Assembly: GCF_021028975.2 (NCBI RefSeq)
Contig: NC_059432.1
Coordinates: 29,326,001 to 29,390,000 of the forward strand
DNA from: Sphaerodactylus townsendi
Lineage: Eukaryota
Direction of reading: 5' to 3'
DNA: 64,000 nucleotides
Under the pieces are notes generated by a model that saw nothing but the letters and a program-made list of their open reading frames with translations, ran no database searches and was not told the DNA's origin. Every line of letters begins with the position of its first letter. The stretch's first letter is position 1. This document shows positions 50,936 through 61,840 of this stretch, one piece after another. The position numbers and the translations under genes are program-made.

Positions 50936-52186
50936 GTCTAGGAAATGGCAGATGAATTCACAAATCTGTTGCCTTTATTCTGAACAAAAGCGTTCAGATT
51001 TATTACGTCCAGGAAATCCTTTCCCTATCTATCTGTTATAAAATTAACGTTTTTCTATCTTTCCACAAACCAAACCTGCATAAAGTGGATTCTCAGTGGG
51101 CAGTACTAGCTGTGTTTGGTTATGGTATAACACTTAACTCTTTGCCCACAACAACAGCAGCAAAACAAAAGAACTTAAAATGTTCCTAAGTATGTGTACA
51201 TAGGATTACTGTGCTAAAGAGTGATGAGGAAGTATTTATTTACTTCATTTCTACCCCACTTCAGTGGGGGCCCAGTGCAGTACAACCACCCGGTGAGGTA
51301 GATTAGACTGAGCAAGTATGACTGGATTAAGGTTATCCAGCGAGCTTCCATGACAGAGTAGAGTTTCAAACCTGATCTTAAACTGACACACTAACCACTA
51401 AACCACAGTGGCTTGCAATAAATGCCATGGAATTTTTCAAGTTCAATTGAATTTATAAATAAACTTTTAGAAAACTTTTAGTTTTCTCTCTCATTTTGCA
51501 ATTCTAATTTTATACCCAGCTTCTGTTTCTTAAAAGTCATTGTGCGAGAATGCATTAGCACTTGTTGCAAACGGGACCTGACCTGCTTGAAAACTGTCAG
51601 TTTCCAAATTCCTCCTTCTGTGAATTGTTACTATAAGAATTTAAAACACTGCTTCCAGTATTCCAAAAATGGATCTCTTCTCTCCCTCTATACAAATTAA
51701 ATCAAGGTGATCCTGTCCCCTGAAATGGTATTCTAACAAAATCACTTGCTAAAGTCATTGGTATTCTTAGTGGTGTCTGATGTCAGAACAAAGGCTAACA
51801 TTGTAATTCTAAACATCCTTTCAGAAGGTAAGTTTAGCTCATGCCATTAAAGGTTTTGTAAATTGAGGATAAGTTTAATTTAATTCAGTGAAACTTAGTT
51901 GTGAATAATCATTCTCATGGGTGCTCCAAAAGGCTGCAGTACTAAGCACATCACTTGGGAGTAAAATCTTGCAGTGACAAGTGCCTGAGAGAAACATGCA
52001 TAGGACTGGGTTGTAAAGATGAAAAACCAAATTGCTTTAGCTTCTGTGGCTCAAGAGTGGAAGAAGAGATGGAAGGGCAGCTCAGACATTGTGCAAGTCT
52101 TTATACTGAGTCTTTATACTTTTCATCTCCCTGATGTCCATGCAGGGGTACTCAGTTGTGATTATTTCTCCCACTTCTTGTTTCAG

Positions 52187-52392
52187 TTGAATGGATTGTA
52201 GCAGTCTCATTTGCTGCTGGAGCAGCCGCCGTTGGGTATCTCGCTTACAAAAAATTTTTCCACCAGGACCGCTGCCGTAGTTCGATGGTCAACCCACATA
52301 TCCAGAAAGATAATCCCAAGGTAGTTCATGCATTTGATATGGAAGACCTGGGGGATAAAGCTGTGTACTGCCGCTGCTGGAGGTCTAAGAAG
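52187..52392 (+). CDS. CISD1: CISD1 exon 2 (TM anchor through CRCWRSKK)
   Basis: 206 nt: (V)[68 protein letters not shown]; TTTCAG acceptor and GTAAG donor. Confidence 0.98.
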
Positions 52393-54257
52393 GTAAGAGA
52401 AGAAAATAGCATTACTCCACAGATGTGTTTGATGAATGCTGCAGAACCCAGACAGGTATTGTGAGAAATGAAGGTTTGGACAGAATAAAAGCTAGGAGTT
52501 GAAGGACGTCTTTGATTTTGGAAAGGGTAAAGAAAGTGGTTTTCTATAACAGAACATCTTACTTTATCCATCTAAGAATGTGGGGTTATATCCAGAAAAT
52601 TTAAAGCAAGTCTGCTCATAGAACCGATCCTTTTCACTCCTTCTGAAGTTCCTTCCCCAGTTGAAGAGCTGTTCTTGGAGATAGGGGGACCCTTTAAAAA
52701 CAGAGTGGGGTGTATTTAAAGTGGAAAAATCTATTAATTATATATATAAAAATGGAACTGCCTTCTGCTTAAGGAAAGGGCCGCTTTGGATCCAGCTAGT
52801 AAATGTCCTGTCCTTTACGTGCTGCTCTTTCCTTGTTCAACCTCTGGCAATTGTGCCTCTGGACCAAAAGATACGGTAATGTGAATCTGTTTCTTAATCA
52901 CTTAATCTACATGGCATTTCACTCTGGTTACTCTCTTAGAAGTTGCTCTCCTTTTTAGGGAATTGCACTTTCCTGTCACCAAGAGATATAAAACCTTTTT
53001 AGCATTGCAAGATAAAAGCAAATGCTGTTTGAAGAAATACTAGTTCATTTAAGGCTTCAGCCTTGAATAAAGAGATACTACATTCAGTCTTGATGCACAT
53101 CTGCAAGCAAGTCCCCTTGGATTGGTGGGACTTGCTTTGGACTAAACATTAATGTAATGCTAAAAATATTTTAGGGTTTGTAGTGGTTGTTAAAACTATA
53201 ATACGACCAAGCATGTAAGAGAATGAGGACAGGTTGAGTCCCAGTTCTCAGTGGTTATTGATATGTGTCCTCTTCTCTCCTCCTTTCAGTGGTGCTCGAA
53301 GCAGTATTTGAACCCTGCTCCTCATCTAGCGTCCGATTCTATTTGTCACATTCTCTATATAAAGTTATCTAATAAATGCTAGAAGGCGTAGTTCATGGTA
53401 GCCAATATGCCTAGGCCCTAATTGCTGTGATGTTTGTAAAAGTTTTGCTGTCCTACCAAATAGACCTTACTGCAGACTGAAAATCTTAGCTTCTGTGGTG
53501 CTGGGAGAGAGGTCTGTACACTCTCACACAAGCTTAGATGAAATTGTCCTTTCTGAGCATGAGTAAATTCTGAACTAAAATGGAAAAACTGGAATTATTT
53601 CACTGGTGTGCAACACTGAGGGCTCCTGAGGAGGAATCGCTCTTATCGATCTATCGATCTATCGGTCTATCTAATCAGATTTAATATACTGCCCCATCCC
53701 CAAAAGGCTCTGGGCGGTGTACAACCAATAAAATGATCACATTAAATTATGATCAGTAAAACAAACATTTTAAATACCAGTTAAAACATAAATAACAAAC
53801 AGCTCCAACCTCTGTCCTAAAATCAGATGATGACAACATATACAATGGACTCGTCAGGCGGTTGGCATAATGTGGGCAAGCCCCCAAGGTGGAATATGGG
53901 GGGCGGGGGGCGGCACATTTAATGGCCGACCTCCCAAAGGCCCAGTGGAACAACTACGTCTTGCAGGTTCCCATTTATCTTGCCAATTTATCCAGCTAAC
54001 ACTGTAGATAATCTGTAGGATGTTGGTTCAAATGCAGTGTAAAGCCTTGGCTCAGCACTATACAAAAAGACCCTGTGCTTGTCGCTCGCTTTTTTCTCCC
54101 ATGTGGTTAAGTCAGAAATTTTGTTCAAATGGTATAGTTTGTCATTACATGTAAACCAGCAAAACTATGGTTTGCGCCACTCCTCCAAGCCTGCATTGCA
54201 AAGTAGCATCAAACTTTAGTTTATAATCCTGGCTTAGAGGATAAGCATGGTTTAGAT

Positions 54258-54443
54258 CAGTGGTTCTCAACCTTCCTAATGCCACGACCCTTTAATACAG
54301 TTCCTCATGTTGTGGTGACCCCCAACCCTAACATTTATCCATTTTACAGATGGAGAACACTGATGCAGAGAGTCTTAGGCGACCCCTGTGAAAGGGTCGT
54401 TCGACCCCCAAAGGGGTCCCGACCCCCAGGTTGAGAACCACTG
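54258..54443 (-). mobile_element. SPIN/URR1-type hAT MITE in CISD1 intron 2
   Basis: Reverse-oriented copy; perfect TSD GTTTAGAT. Confidence 0.88.
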
Positions 54444-56071
54444 GTTTAGATGTTAAGGGAGATTTCTGATTGCACTAATGTCATTAGATGCCAACCATGC
54501 AAGGCAGGAGAGGAGAGTAAGCATGCGAGCATCATGCAGCGTTTATCCATAGTTTGGAATTATGTCTGAACTTGCCCAGTGTGTGAAGCTGAAATTGTTG
54601 GGTTTTGGAGAACCTGGCTTCTATAAGAAGTTGGTAAAATTAGAAAACAGCTACCATTGTGCAATAATACAGCTACAAGAGGCTGTTTCTACTTCTGTTC
54701 TGTGGCATGGCCTGCCATAAAGTCTGTCACCCTATTATGATTTCACAGAATATGCAAAACAGAAATATTCAAGAGGACATTTTTATTAAGGGATTGGAAC
54801 TGTGGTAGACTGCAGCAGTCCAGGAAGTTGCTTTGTAAGGGATTGGCATCTATTGCTATGTTTATTGCATCCATCACTTTCCTTTTTACTAAAATTTGTT
54901 TTTCCTTTGTCACCTACTTTCTGCATTGTCTTGTCATGCCCAGAGAGTTCTTTCCTTTTCATTGTTTTTGTTTGCCCTGCATCCCAATTCTGCAACCCTT
55001 GTTCTACAGCATTGTTGATTGGAGGTCTTTTCTGCCTGATTGAACTGTTTTTTAAAAAATGTGTAATCCACTTTGAGTCTTGGTGAGAAAGGCAGGGCAC
55101 AAATGAAATAAATACATCTAAAGAAGGGAAACTCCACTTATGCCTGTTGGGCTGTTAATATGATCTGGTAATGGAGTACTACAAGAGAACCTTACCAGGT
55201 ATGTTTGGTCCAGAGCGCTTTTTAAAGAGGATTTTAGCTTAAGTGATTAGAAAGAGTAACATTTCTCCCTGTGTTGCCTGTCTTCTTGCTGCCCATCCAC
55301 GCAGCATTGTGAAAGTTAGCATAGGGGGGAATAGAGAGGTCTTTCCCCACACACTTACTACTGGGGTTTTTTGGAGGTGGAGAAAGTATCACTTGTCAGC
55401 CAGAACTGCACCCATATATTTACTGGACTTCATGTTTGTGAATGCTTTAGTAATAGTCCATAATTTGATTTTCTGTGTGGAAAATGCAGTCTTATTTGTA
55501 AATGACTACTGTTAAGTTCAATAACAGTTCAGTATCCAATGATGAGTAGCTGCAACCCTGCTTAAGAAGAGAACGGTCATGCAGATCTCTGCCCCCTCAG
55601 GTTTTCTAGCTTACAAAGATAACTTCCCTCTGCCTCTTCATCTCCAGACAAGTTGCACTTGATGTATTGATTCCAGTTCTCCTGGATTGAATTAAAGTAG
55701 CATTAATCTTGCAAGGCAAATATTTAATGGTCCGCCAAGCCAAGTGTTTGCTTGCTGTTTCTAAAGGTTACAGCTGAGCTAGTGCTGTCACGCTTGGAAG
55801 GTGTTCAATACTTGCAGAGATTAGGAGAGGGAGTACTTTGCAACCCAAATCTTGATACTCGTTCTTGGACAACTTTAATTTGTTGAAAGCCTGGGTAAGT
55901 CTTCTCTTGTGTTGCACCAAATACATCTGTAATGCTTTCTGATGTTCTGGGTAATAATCTGCTACATTCATAGACCATTGTGCTAACCAGTATTTTTCAC
56001 AGTCTTAAGTTTATTTGCCTTGCCAAAGAATGTGTACAGTTACAATTGTTTAATCTCTTTCCCCCCCGTAG

Positions 56072-56161
56072 TTCCCATTGTGTGACGGGTCTCACACAAA
56101 GCACAATGATGAAACAGGAGACAATGTGGGGCCTCTCATCATCAAGAGAAAAGATGCATAA
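56072..56161 (+). CDS. CISD1: CISD1 exon 3, FPLCDGSHTKHNDETGDNVGPLIIKRKDA-stop
   Basis: 90 nt containing the CDGSH [2Fe-2S] motif. Total CDS 327 nt = 108 aa, with all 3 Cys + 1 His ligands intact. Confidence 0.98.
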   Translation, partial: FPLCDGSHTKHNDETGDNVGPLIIKRKDA

Positions 56162-56991
56162 ACACCCAGTGGTTTGGACAACATGACTTTGCTGCAGCGC
56201 TTTATTCTCACTTATGATTGAAGTTAATGGAGATCTTAAGTCATTTCACTGAAGATTTTTTTTAGATGTGATACACAGCAAGTTCCAGCATACATCATGC
56301 CATGGTGTTTGCCTTGCTTAAACACTACAGAATGTTGGGGATGAATACCTGTGATTTCCAAATTTTATTTGTTTTGTAAAGTGTTCATTCTCATAAGGTG
56401 TAAAAAACCTCTTAGAATGTACTCTGAATTGTGTATTGATGCATTAAATTATTTTCAAATACGTGGTGGCATTCTTCAAAAACATCACTGTTTAGAATCT
56501 GAAAAAACAAATATAATGATATAGAATGACGCAGTTTACCACCCGGTTCAAACACTGTGTAGTGGGAATAGTGAATGGCATGAAATTCAGAAAGGAAACC
56601 CATGTTGTGAAGGTTTGCAATCTAACTACTATGCAACAATTAGAAAACTGACATACTCATGTTTAATTCTTCTTTAAATCATGAAAGCTTATAACAGTGT
56701 TTGAATTTTAGAACTTCTACAAAGATTATCACTGAAGAAAGGGTGATGGATATTTTCATAGAAATTATTTTCATGTTTATTCTGTAACAGTGAGACTTCA
56801 CAGGTGCATGGAAAGGAAGAGATAAACTCCATCCCCTCACTTGCCACAGCCTGGTCTGGACTTGACAATTGGGGGGGGGGGCATGAAGCACTGGCAGGGG
56901 GAACAGGTGGAAATGGTGGATGAAATTACAATTTTACTTAAGTCTTTATGTGGAACAGGTTATAGTAATTTTTGTTCAGTTTGGGATTATG

Positions 56992-56997
56992 AATAAA
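56992..56997 (+). terminator. CISD1: Candidate CISD1 polyadenylation signal AATAAA
   Basis: First canonical AATAAA I found after the stop codon (about 830 nt downstream); a variant ATTAAA lies at 56443-56448. Confidence 0.5.
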
Positions 56998-57001
56998 CAT
57001 A

Positions 57002-57995
57002 CTGTATATACTCATGTATAAGTCGAATTTTTCAGCACATTTTTAATGCTGAAAAAGCTCCCCTCGACTTATATGCGGGTCATTAAATTTTTTTTGTGTG
57101 TTTACTTTGACGGCCAGCAGGGGGCGCAGTTTATATGCTAGCGGCACCAAATTCTTCCTTGGTGTGGCAAATTCCTCTCCTGGAAGACTCTCCCTGGATG
57201 ATACCTGCAGCCAGAGTTTGGTAGAAAGCTTGGTTCAGGGGTCCAAAGTTAATGGACCCCTCCTTTAAAGGAGGGTGCCTCCTATTCCCCCCCATTGTTT
57301 TCTTAATGGGAGCTATTAGGTAGATGGGGCTACCACTTTTGAGGGGTCTCATAATCCTTTGGGATTCCTCTGGGCTCGCTTCACCTAACCTTGGTTGGTC
57401 TCATCAGAGAGAGTCTCTTTTATGACACCAATGCCAGTAGTTTGGTGAAGTTTGGGTCAGGGGATCCAAAGTTAGTTGGACCCCCAAAGGGGATGCCCCA
57501 TCCCCCCCCCCATTGTTTTACAAATGAAGCTAATAGTAGATTTTCCATTTCTGATAATATCCCTCTTAAAAAATCTAAGTTGGGCTACATTTGGACATAC
57601 AGATGATGATGAGGGAATCCAGCTTTGAAGGATTTTAACTCTTGTGTTTTTAGCTTCTGGTTGCTGGTTGAGGCCTGGTTTTTGTACTTTCTTTAAAGAG
57701 TTATTGTTGATACCTTATATTGTTCTTGTTGACCCTCTTTCCACTCCACTTACAGAGCCAGTTTACTGTTTTTCTTTGAAATAAATATTCAAAAACATTT
57801 AACCTACTGATGCCTCAATTGTTGTAATTTTATTGGCATCTATTTTTATTTTTGAAATTTACCAGCAGCTGCTGCATTTCCCACCCTCGACTTATACGTG
57901 AGTCAATAAGTTTTCCCAGTTTTTTGTGGTAAAATTAGGTGCCTCGACTTATATGCTGTTAGAGCTCTAATTCTATGCCACCTAGTGATATACGG
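57002..57995. mobile_element. Tc1/mariner (Tc2/pogo-like) non-autonomous element
   Basis: TA-flanked ends CTGTATATACTCATGTATAAGTCGA ... ATATACGG, with repeated sub-terminal TCGACTTATA motifs. Confidence 0.7.
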
Positions 57996-60900
57996 TACAT
58001 AGGATAGCATGGTTGCTTTTCCTTCCCATATTAATAGGCTGGTTATTGAAAGTAGCTGAGGCTACACTGCCAGATGTATCAATGGCTTGGGAACCAGCAT
58101 AAAATTGTATTGAGCTTTATTTTGCTTTGTATTCATATAAGAGGCTGAGGGGACAATCTATGAAAACATGATTCAAACATAACCTCTGGCATCAATACAT
58201 ATCCTAGGTAAATCTACTAAAATACTGCATCTGTATTACTCAGGGAAGACCATGGGGCAGTGCCCGAGAAAATGTTCTGAATTCCATTCTAAAAACAATT
58301 ACAGTGTTATGAATGAGTAAATAGTAAAGAAGAAACTATTAATGCCTTGTATTATGTGGAATTATACTTCATGCTACATTATAAAAACCAAAAAACTCCA
58401 CACACACACCCCCTCCCGGACCCAGGGCAACCTTGTTAAAAAACAACAACCCCGACATAAGATGGGAGTATTCCGGAAATCACAACTGATTCCAGAGAAT
58501 GTGTAAAGATGGTCTGAAGCTACTTCTAAATGTTCTCTGGAATCTCTGAAGCCCTTTGTGTGTTCTAAAATAAAGCCTACTCTTTTTTTCTTAGGTATCG
58601 TCCTAGGTTTTTTATTCTGTTTTTAGATGAGCCTTTCTGTCTACATAATGTTGCATGTTGATTTCTGAGATATATCTGGAATGTGTTACACCATTTGTCT
58701 ATAGGAGCAACTACCTCAATTTGCATTCTACCTGTGTTGCTGGCTGGCCTTCATAATTTCTTCTGGGGAAGCACAATTTATATATCGCCTACGATAAAGT
58801 ATTTCTAGCACTGTCCCCTGGCAAAAGGTATTTTGGAAATCTTCTCGTTTATTTGGGTTGGGCAGTGCTAGAGACAGTGTCCTGTTGGTATATTATGTAA
58901 GAATTGTATTATTGTGTTTGAGTTTATAACACCTACTACACGACAGTTTCTCAGGGACAGTACAATTGTAAGACGAGAGGAGACATTTTGTTGAAAGCAT
59001 GATCTCTGGCACCAGTGCATATCTCTAGAGAAATAAGATATTAGGTAAATTTTCAAGGGCTAATGGCTTTTACTTGTGGTACATGTTTAAGGTTTATTTT
59101 TCAGATCTGGAAAAGGTACGAAGAGCTCCAAATGGGAGTTAACTCAGTTTGCACAATGAAGTAACTGGAGTATTTGAACTAGGGGCGGTAGCTGATCATT
59201 CTTCATTCAAAAGAAGCCTAGCACCAGGGAAGGGATTTGAATACAATGAGCATTTCCTAATATGATGTGGTGCTGGTGTCTCATGTGTGAAACTTTCCCC
59301 TCCCATTCCTAGATGTGAGGTTGTGTTCTGCTCAGTAGCAGTCTTCCTAATTGAGGCTTGGCATGCAGGACAGGTTGAATTCTGTCTCTGATTAAGCCCA
59401 CCTCTAGCTTTGGAATCCATGCTCCAGAGCAACTAGCAATATTTCTAAAATGCATTAGGGAGAAGGTTTTAACTACTTTAGATGCTACGTTTTGATTTGC
59501 AGTTGCAAAGCACAGTTTGTACACAGCTGTTGGACAGAGTTGAAGTTCAACAGTCCCAAGTTAATGAAGGTAAATTGCTAAATTGCTTACAGTACTGCTG
59601 ATCTTTTTGATGAATGATCCCATGGCTGCAGTCAAACATATTTTACTGTGTGGCACAAAGAAAGTTGCCAGTGGCAGAGCTAATGTTTTTCCATTTTGGT
59701 AATAAGCCGTACCTCTAACTGCTTGGGAAAAGATGGTCGGTAGCAGTAAAGAAGATTCTCCAAAATTATTCTGTTTGTCACTTCTGTATGCTTGCTTTCC
59801 TGTTTCAGGAAGGTCTTATTCTGTCATCTCCCCAATCTTAATGTTAGAGTGGATAGGCTTCTCAGATTAAAACTGGAGACCAAGCTAAGCCACACCACTA
59901 CCATCTCTGGAAGGCTGTCTTGTCACTAGGGATGCCAGCCTCCAGCTGGGGCCTGAGGCTATCCCAGAATTCTAGCTCATCTCCAAATTCCCTGGAGCAA
60001 ATGGATTCTTTGGAGGATGAGCTCTATGGCATCGTACCCCTCTGAGGTACTTGTCCTCCCCAAGAGTTTTCCAGTGTGAAGCTGGCTCCCTTCCTCCCCA
60101 CCCCCTGCCGGTGGCTTGTGGGGACCTGGCATATAAGAGGCTGAGGGGACATTCCTATGGGGACATTCCTCACCATCTACAGTTTTCCCAGAATGCCTCT
60201 CTGAATAAGGATGGCGGGAATGTGCTATGGACAGTGTGACTGCACTGTATGAGCACATGCATTCCTTAGCAGAGGTGAGGCCTATGCTATGGTCTTCTAC
60301 ATAGAATTGAACACTGGCAATCGTTTAGGCTATGTGGATCAGTTTCATCTCGCTGTGGACTGCAGCCACATACTTTAGTCGCATTGGAACTGGATTGGGG
60401 CTCCCTGTATTCTGCCTCAAAACAAGCTGAACAGATTTCTGTTTCAAGATTTAGTTCAGGGTCATAATGGTGCAATTCACCATTCCAAGCAGGAGGGGGA
60501 AGGTGCAATACACTGTCCTAACAACACAAGAGAATTGCACACTATGGCTTACGTAACTGTCTTAAAGTGACAGTTGAATTTAGTAATCTGACTTGAATTT
60601 GCTCCTTAGTCTTAAATATTGCTTAATACATATTCATCAATACTGGCACAGTATCCTCAACATTGAATTACAAGATCAAGTTCTGGCTGACAAGATTCCA
60701 GGCATTCCGGTCTCAAGAAAGGACCCTTCAAATTGGCCCGAGATTCTGTGTGAACAGTGCAATAAGAAAGGTAATGGGCATATAGTCTGCAATTGTATAC
60801 TAAACATCCAAACTATCTAACATTGTATAATATTAAACATCCAAACTATATAACATAACTCCCAGCTGCATTGCAAATCTTCCTTGGAGATCGTAAGCAT

Positions 60901-61199
60901 GTCTGAGGTCTCTCATGACCTATACGTAAAGATTTATTTTTTACTGGAAGCATTTGAGTTATGGAAGAAGACATTGAAATTGTAAATGCATGTATTCTTG
61001 TTTATGTATTGAGCTGATGATGCAAATGAAAATTTTAAGTTCATAGCATCGTGCTTGTATTGACGACTATGTATTGAGACCTATTTGAGACTAGGGGGCA
61101 AGTTTGAATCATGACTGAATTCAATTGTCGCTTTAAGACTGTTATGTAAGCCATTGTGTGCAATTCTCTGCTGTTGGCATCATAATAGTGCAAACCATG

Positions 61200-61650
61200 T
61201 CTCTGAACGTGAGCAAAGCGCCCTTCTCTGGTCGCACTTCATCCCATACACATCTAGAACAAGGGCAGCGCTGTCACAAGTCCTGCCTCCCAACCAGCCG
61301 AGCCCCTCTTGAGTAACGAAAGCAGCCTCGTTCGGCTCACGTTCTAGATGGCTGCATGAGAAACTCCCGGGCAAGTCTTAGACCGAAGGCTTCAGTTGCC
61401 GCTAAGGCGCAAGCGCGCTTCGACGTGCGCATGCTCAGTGGAGCCGAGATGCTGCCCGTGCCCGGGGCTGCTTAGTCAGTCGAGCCGAGCGGCCGAGGAG
61501 GCAGGGCGGTTGCTGCGCCGCTCTCTTGAGGCAGCGCCGCTGACGTAGGGGGGCGCGCGCGATGGAGCCGTGGGCCTTGGCGGGGCGGCGAGCGGGCGGC
61601 CGTGGCAGCGGCGGCCCTTGAAGGCGGCGAGGATGTGGCAGCCCCAGGAA
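61200..61650 (+). promoter_or_regulatory. IPMK: CpG-island promoter / 5' leader of IPMK
   Basis: CpG-rich; NRF1-like TGCGCATGCTC at 61426-61436 and GCGCAAGCGC at 61407-61416; CRE-like TGACGT at 61541-61546. Confidence 0.75.
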
Positions 61651-61840
61651 ATGGCCACCGAGCCCCCTCGCCGCACGAAGAGCGCCGAGGCCGAGCGGTT
61701 TCCCCGGGCCGTCCAGTTGGACGAGCCGCCCAGCCCGCCTGCCTCGGCGGAGGAGGATGGAGGGAAGGTCCCGTTCTTCAATGGCTGCGTGCCCCTCTCC
61801 CATCAGGTGGCTGGGCACATGTACGGCAAGGATAAGGGCG
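61651..61840 (+). CDS. IPMK: IPMK (inositol polyphosphate multikinase) coding exon 1; gene continues beyond the window
   Basis: MATEPP...FFNGCVPLSHQVAGHMYGKDKG(G) matches the vertebrate IPMK N-terminus; 190 nt, phase-1 donor G|GTAAGT. Confidence 0.95.

Noticed and set aside
45456-54443. Oppositely oriented SPIN MITE pair as the cause of the CISD1 inversion
   Set aside because: The second copy is inside CISD1 intron 2, and each copy keeps its own matched TSD, so they have not recombined.
61435-61818. Antisense ORFs over IPMK exon 1, and the extended start at 61570
   Set aside because: GC-island artefacts; 61570 is a non-ATG start, and homology begins at MATEPP (61651).
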